A program made the translations under genes and the position numbers. Below the pieces are notes generated by a model. That model did no database searches. It saw only the letters and a list, made by a program, of their open reading frames with translations, and was not told the DNA's origin. 20,343 nucleotides of DNA from Candidatus Hermodarchaeota archaeon (lineage in GTDB: Archaea; Asgardarchaeota; Hermodarchaeia; Hermodarchaeales; Hermodarchaeaceae), in contig JAEOTB010000070.1 of assembly GCA_016840065.1 (NCBI GenBank), forward strand, positions 1 to 20,343, in the 5' to 3' direction. Of the stretch, positions 15,831 to 20,343 are shown piece after piece. Each line of letters begins with the position of its first letter. The first letter of the stretch is position 1.

Positions 15831-17063
15831 CTACCTTTGTTCCTCAATCTTCTCTAAGGTCAAGCCCTTGGTTTCGAAGGGTTTAACCAACAGAGCAAGT
15901 AGTGGAATGAACATCAAGATACCACCCACAACCCAGAATATCAGCATCGTTGAATCCAGCAGTAACAAGGTTGAAGCCAGTAAAGGTCCTATGACATATC
16001 CAAAGCGAGCGCCTGTAACACACGTACCAATGCTTGTTGTCCGAATTTCTGTGGGGAAAATCTCAGCCAGGTACACATAGATCCAAGCTAGGACCATCGC
16101 CATGAAGAAGTAGATACCCCAGAAGCCGATTGTTGAACCAGTGAGCCCGAGAATGATAAAGGATATAGCTGAACCAACAGAGCCCATTACCAGCACTACT
16201 CTACGGCCAATCTTGTCCATTATTAATCCAGAAATTAGGGCACTAATTGGAAGCAGTATTCCTCCAATCAAAGCAATGGGTTTCCACTGGGCTAGCGTTA
16301 ACCCGCCTAGGGTGGGGCTCATGTAATAAACACCGCCGTACGACGTCGCAAGTTTGAAGGACATCGTCCATACAAGATACACCAGCGTGGAGGCAGCAAT
16401 ATACACTGCATCCTTTCGATTCATTTTGACAAGGGCTTCTCTGATTCCGAGTGTCTTTTCCCGTCCAGCCTTTACGTCCAGCCACCGCTGCGGCTCCTTC
16501 ATGAAGTACAACATGACTAGGAGTATCAGCATCAGGAAGAACATCACGCCATATCCCCATCGCCAGCCGAAGTTTTCAATGACTGTAATCCCGATTATCG
16601 CAGAAAGCGGGATGATGCCAATGAGGAAGGCTATGCTGCCGTATAGTCCTCGCCTTTCTGGTGGCGATTCTTCTGCTACTGGCACCTCCCATAGGTTTGA
16701 GGTTGTCCCCATGATGAGGATTGAGTAGAAGATTAGGAACAGGGTTAAGGTGTAGGCGAACATGCCAATGAGAATGGAGGGAATGCCCATTACTAGGAGT
16801 AACGCTAGAATGCCTTTTTTACGACCGTAAGCGTCTGCGTACCAGCCAATGAAGAATACTAGGAACACGATAATCCCGAATACTCCTTGCCAGAACCCAA
16901 ATTCAATGCCTGAAACTTCAGGAGCTAAGGACGGCCAGAATTCGGTGAGAATAAATGGTATGGCAGTTGTTTCAATCAGTGAGAGCCAGCCATCAAGCTG
17001 GCTAACAAGTCCCAGGAACACCACTAGAAATATCATATAACCGCGTGATCGCATTTCTTTCAT
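15831..17063 (-). CDS. MFS transporter (sugar-porter/SV2-like)
   Basis: Motif A occurs twice (GWYADAYGRKK, GLIMDKIGRR). Also AEESPPERRG, YLAEIFPTEIR and C-terminal FETKGLTLE, with about 12 TMs. SD TGAGGT at 17076-17071. Confidence 0.92.
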   Translation of the reverse strand: MKEMRSRGYMIFLVVFLGLVSQLDGWLSLIETTAIPFILTEFWPSLAPEVSGIEFGFWQGVFGIIVFLVFFIGWYADAYGRKKGILALLLVMGIPSILIGMFAYTLTLFLIFYSILIMGTTSNLWEVPVAEESPPERRGLYGSIAFLIGIIPLSAIIGITVIENFGWRWGYGVMFFLMLILLVMLYFMKEPQRWLDVKAGREKTLGIREALVKMNRKDAVYIAASTLVYLVWTMSFKLATSYGGVYYMSPTLGGLTLAQWKPIALIGGILLPISALISGLIMDKIGRRVVLVMGSVGSAISFIILGLTGSTIGFWGIYFFMAMVLAWIYVYLAEIFPTEIRTTSIGTCVTGARFGYVIGPLLASTLLLLDSTMLIFWVVGGILMFIPLLALLVKPFETKGLTLEKIEEQR

Positions 17064-17115
17064 CTAAATTACCTCAGTGAATTCCTTGGAATTCCGTCCC
17101 CCTATAGTGGTCTTG

Positions 17116-17130
17116 TTATAAATAGCTTCA
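17116..17130 (-). promoter_or_regulatory. putative BRE/TATA promoter of the MFS gene
   Basis: Minus strand reads TGAAGC TATTTATAA, about 53 nt upstream of the ATG. Confidence 0.55.
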
Positions 17131-17182
17131 AAAATAATTGTCTACGCAAAACATAATGGACTCAATTTCATCTACGGTATGC

Positions 17183-18466
17183 TTAACGCCAGGCAATCCT
17201 TCCAGCCTCAACGAGCCTTTTAAGCACTCCTGGCATGCGAGCCATCTTCTGGAGATCTGAACGTGCCCATAATTCCATCCCCTCATCTGGCTGGATTATC
17301 GTTAGGTTCTTACAAGAGAAGAGGGGTGAGATATCCAAGCTCGACAGCGGATTTCCATCAATGCGGAGTTCAAAAAGGAACTGGGATACACTCAGTGGAG
17401 AAAGGTCTAGACTCGTCAACTTGTTCCTGGAAAGGAAGAGGTTCGATAACAGAGAGCATGTGCTTAAGGGTGATAAATCGAGGCTCGTTAACTCGTTAAA
17501 AGAAAGTGCGAGGCTATTCAGCCTCTGGCACTTGCTCAGAGGAGAGAGATTCACAGTTGTTAACCGATTTCGGGAAAGATTGAGTTCTCGAAGTTCGTGA
17601 CAGTTGCTCAGAGGGTCAAGGTCTAGGCTCATTAGCCGGTTTCTGGCAAGATAGAGTTTTTGGAGGCCTATACACTTACTCATTGAATCAAGGTTCAAGC
17701 TTGTTAATGAGTTCCCCGAAAGATAGAGCTCCCTGAGGTCTGTGGCATTCCCTAGGGGCGAAGGGTCAAGACTTGTTAGTTTGTTATAAGATAATGAGAA
17801 CTCTTGGAGGTTATGGCACTGGCTTAGAGGAGTAAGATCCAAGCTGACCAACCCCAACTTTGAGAGATAGAGTTCTAGGAGGCTTTGACACTGACTCAGA
17901 GGAGTAATATCCAATCTCTCCAAAGGATTCTTTGAAAGATAGAGAATTTGGAGGTTTGTGCAATTGCCTAGGGGATTAAGATTCACATCAGTTAGGCTAT
18001 TCGAGGAAAGATGGAGTTCGCTAAAGGCCAGACATTTCCCCAAGGGAGAAAGATCTATCTGCTTCAGTTGATTCGCAAAAAGGAAAAGCCTCACAAGGTT
18101 CACACAATTGCCCAGAGGACTAAGATCGACGCCCTCTAGAACGTTTACTCCCAAGTTTAACCTTTGAAGGTTAGTGCATTTACCAAGGGGAGCTAGATTA
18201 AGATTCTGTATTTTGTTTTCTGACAGGTCCAGCCATTGGAGATTAGTACATTTACTAAGGGGGCTTAGATTTACACTTTCTAAAGCATTCACAGATAAAT
18301 CGAGTAGCAGCAGGTCTTTACAATGTCCTAGTGGTGTCAAATCGATTGACGCGATGGGACTCACGATGTGACTACCGTAGAGCCTCAAGCTGGTTGCGTC
18401 GGTGCGAATTGTTGTATGTTTTCGTTCCCCGCTGACCGTCGTGTATTCGATTGTGACAATTCCCAA
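17183..18466 (-). CDS. leucine-rich repeat protein (14 complete 24-aa repeats plus one degenerate repeat)
   Basis: Consensus LxxLxLSxNxLxxLDLSPLxxCxx with exact 24-aa spacing. TTG start with SD GGAGG at 18480-18476. No signal peptide. Confidence 0.93.
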   Translation of the reverse strand: MGIVTIEYTTVSGERKHTTIRTDATSLRLYGSHIVSPIASIDLTPLGHCKDLLLLDLSVNALESVNLSPLSKCTNLQWLDLSENKIQNLNLAPLGKCTNLQRLNLGVNVLEGVDLSPLGNCVNLVRLFLFANQLKQIDLSPLGKCLAFSELHLSSNSLTDVNLNPLGNCTNLQILYLSKNPLERLDITPLSQCQSLLELYLSKLGLVSLDLTPLSQCHNLQEFSLSYNKLTSLDPSPLGNATDLRELYLSGNSLTSLNLDSMSKCIGLQKLYLARNRLMSLDLDPLSNCHELRELNLSRNRLTTVNLSPLSKCQRLNSLALSFNELTSLDLSPLSTCSLLSNLFLSRNKLTSLDLSPLSVSQFLFELRIDGNPLSSLDISPLFSCKNLTIIQPDEGMELWARSDLQKMARMPGVLKRLVEAGRIAWR

Positions 18467-18524
18467 TTTGGTAATCCTCCAAGATGATAGTGAGGAGAAT
18501 CACTAAAAGTATTGTGAGGAAAGC

Positions 18525-19400
18525 TTAGAGCGATCCTTCAAATAATCCCAGCGTTAGGGAGTGGCGAGTTGTTTTCCACAGATAATTATCCGCAACGGAT
18601 ACTGTAAACAGGGATGGGTATTCTAGCATCAGAGCCCTAATTCCAGATTCTTTACATTGGGTTATCTGATGATAGAGTAATGCGAGTAACGAGACTTTTG
18701 AGGTTGGATAGATGGTTGTAGACCATAGAGGGTTGTCGGGTGGGCCTCGAGGATACCCAAGGGCTATCCCAACCAGCTCGGAGTCCTTCCATGCAGCTCG
18801 AAACTGAATGCCTGCCATCTCCTTTAACTTGGCAACCGCATAATCGGTCGCATCCAAAGCATACCAGAAATACGTAATCACGTTTCTTGGAACTAACCCG
18901 GTTTGCTCCCGTGCATACCTGACGAACTCGTCCACACTGCACAGGTCAATAGTTATCGATTTGTCAGGTTGCCTACGACGTCGAATGTTTGCCGTCCAGA
19001 TGATATCGAGTAAGAACACACACGACATTCCAATACTCTCAGCCAGTCGACGAGGAATTGGATTATCAATTGAAGTGGTAAGCCTGGTCCTCTTCGCCCC
19101 CAGCTTCATTGCCAGCTCTTTCAGCCGCTCAGTAATTTTCCTTGCCAATCCTTTTTCACGGCTATCTTTGTGAACACGCAACCCCTCTAGCCAGGCCGTT
19201 TTCCCCTCCTCAATTAACCTCACACACCCCAACGCTACAACCGTATCCTTCATCACAATTGCCATAGTATGGCACTCAGGATTCCTCATCCACTCATCAA
19301 ACATCTTTGGGAGATGATCGTGTCCCCTCCAGGTAGTTCTGGCAATTTCAGCGATGTCTGCTCTATCGCGTACTCCTAGTGGACGATACTCCATACTCAT
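18525..19400 (-). CDS. GNAT-family N-acetyltransferase with C-terminal extension
   Basis: WLEGLRVHKDSREKGLA acetyl-CoA binding motif A, N-terminal GHDHLP and N..PRRLAESIGM. SD TGAGGT at 19416-19411. Confidence 0.88.
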   Translation of the reverse strand: MSMEYRPLGVRDRADIAEIARTTWRGHDHLPKMFDEWMRNPECHTMAIVMKDTVVALGCVRLIEEGKTAWLEGLRVHKDSREKGLARKITERLKELAMKLGAKRTRLTTSIDNPIPRRLAESIGMSCVFLLDIIWTANIRRRRQPDKSITIDLCSVDEFVRYAREQTGLVPRNVITYFWYALDATDYAVAKLKEMAGIQFRAAWKDSELVGIALGYPRGPPDNPLWSTTIYPTSKVSLLALLYHQITQCKESGIRALMLEYPSLFTVSVADNYLWKTTRHSLTLGLFEGSL

Positions 19401-19769
19401 TAGCAGCTTGACCTCATGGCAAATATCATATTACTGATGGCCTCGGGACAGAACTTGTAGTTTCTTTCCCTATAAGATAAGTGAACGACAATAAATACAA
19501 CCAAATGTCATTCAATGTTACTGCGACGAAATTGTCTGCTGCATTTGAAGAAGCCATCGGAAAAAGAGGGTGGCAGCGAAATTTCTAGTAGGTACGGGTG
19601 TCGAGGGGGTGGCCTCCCTCCAATCTTTCCGATCCTCCAGGACAATTTTCTTATCAGGTTGTTTTTCTAAATTTGGAACCTGATTGGATACGAAATCGAC
19701 AGAATCGGCATAGATATTTGTCGTTTTGTAACGTTTCGTTTGGTTTTGCCGAAAACAGGTCCTGATGTC

Positions 19770-20342
19770 TTATCCTATAGTCTTGGAGGTTTTGAGAAGT
19801 TCCTCTAGCTTGAGATAGGTAAGGGAGTTGAACCATTTCTGGGGATAAGTAACCCGTGCGTGCACTGCTTTGATGAAAGGTGCCTTCCGGACCTGATTGG
19901 TAATCTGTTCTATTTGTTGGGTATTCTTTCCAACACACCAATGGTACAATCGTGGCTGACCTACGATAAGCCAGGCGTTCCAATACTCCAGTGGATACAT
20001 ATCTCTGAACCATATAGTCACATCATTTGGATCTATCATCTTTTCATCATAATCAATAACGAGGGAGAAAGGTTGTGAGCCAGAATGAGGCATGTTGATA
20101 ACAATAGTAAAAGATACCCCGGCGCCTTGGTGGAGTTGTTGAAGGATACGCTGGACACGTCGAACAGGTAACCGAGTTTGGGCTGCGACTTCGGTGGCAG
20201 GGAGTCGAGGTTCATGAAACAGAACCTTAAGCACCTGTAGTTGAGAACTAGTGAATTCCACCTTTCTCCCCCTATAGATGAACCGCATTTGCTCAGGCAA
20301 ATCAGATGGAAGGACAGGAATCACATAATGAATATCGATTTT
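19770..20342 (-). CDS. Lrp/AsnC-like winged-helix transcriptional regulator, 5' partial
   Basis: QLQVLKVLFHEPRLPATEVAAQTRLPVRRVQRILQQL HTH followed by a ferredoxin-like (RAM-like) region. The frame stays open to the window edge (KIDIHYVIPV...). Confidence 0.75.
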   Translation of the reverse strand, partial: KIDIHYVIPVLPSDLPEQMRFIYRGRKVEFTSSQLQVLKVLFHEPRLPATEVAAQTRLPVRRVQRILQQLHQGAGVSFTIVINMPHSGSQPFSLVIDYDEKMIDPNDVTIWFRDMYPLEYWNAWLIVGQPRLYHWCVGKNTQQIEQITNQVRKAPFIKAVHARVTYPQKWFNSLTYLKLEELLKTSKTIG

Positions 20343-20343
20343 A

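Noticed and set aside
15831-17063. MFS gene as a sialic acid transporter (nanT) completing a nan pathway
   Set aside because: Only generic MFS motifs are visible, the BNR proteins lack sialidase signatures, and no nanA/nanK/nanE genes are present.
17183-18466. 72-nt periodicity as a possible CRISPR array or DGR repeat
   Set aside because: It is explained by degenerate protein-coding LRR units. There are no identical direct repeats with spacers, and no cas or reverse transcriptase gene.
19572-19592. GGCAGCGAAATTTCTAGTAGG resembles a conserved 23S rRNA segment, and the nearby GTACGG..GAGGGGG resembles a group II intron 3' end
   Set aside because: The match is short and mismatched with no flanking rRNA similarity, and a proper intron domain V hairpin cannot be formed.
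19654-20013. 119-aa minus-strand ORF with a CRFC near its end
   Set aside because: Mostly an alternative frame of the Lrp-like gene, with only a single CxxC and no partner knuckle.
1139-20078. Numerous short antisense and alternative-frame ORFs in the track
   Set aside because: All are nested within longer genes that have clear family motifs, and their translations show no domain features.

Overview
Gene-dense archaeal window. Evidence for this: TATA-type promoters, GGAGGTGA/GAGGT Shine-Dalgarno sites and frequent TTG/GTG starts. The 24-aa 'LDLSPL..C' LRR protein, the Ig-stalked surface enzymes and the long Lrp/AsnC-like regulator resemble Asgard (Thorarchaeia-like) genes, but the taxon is my inference. 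The left 12 kb is a cluster of secreted, C-terminally membrane-anchored enzymes. It holds three tandem Asp-box (BNR, sialidase-like) beta-propeller paralogs, the first of which has lost a set of charged residues kept in the other two. It also holds two convergent aryl-sulfate sulfotransferase (ASST) paralogs on Ig-like stalks of very different length. An esterase and a 4-TM protein precede the cluster and a TIM-barrel isomerase-like gene follows it. The right part has a 56-aa zinc-ribbon ORF missing from the ORF track, an ABC-2 exporter pair, an XRE regulator plus DUF2178-like membrane protein with a tandem palindromic operator, an MFS transporter, an LRR-only protein, a NAT16-like GNAT, a structured intergenic element and a partial Lrp/AsnC-like regulator. 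I saw no tRNA, rRNA, CRISPR array or transposase.
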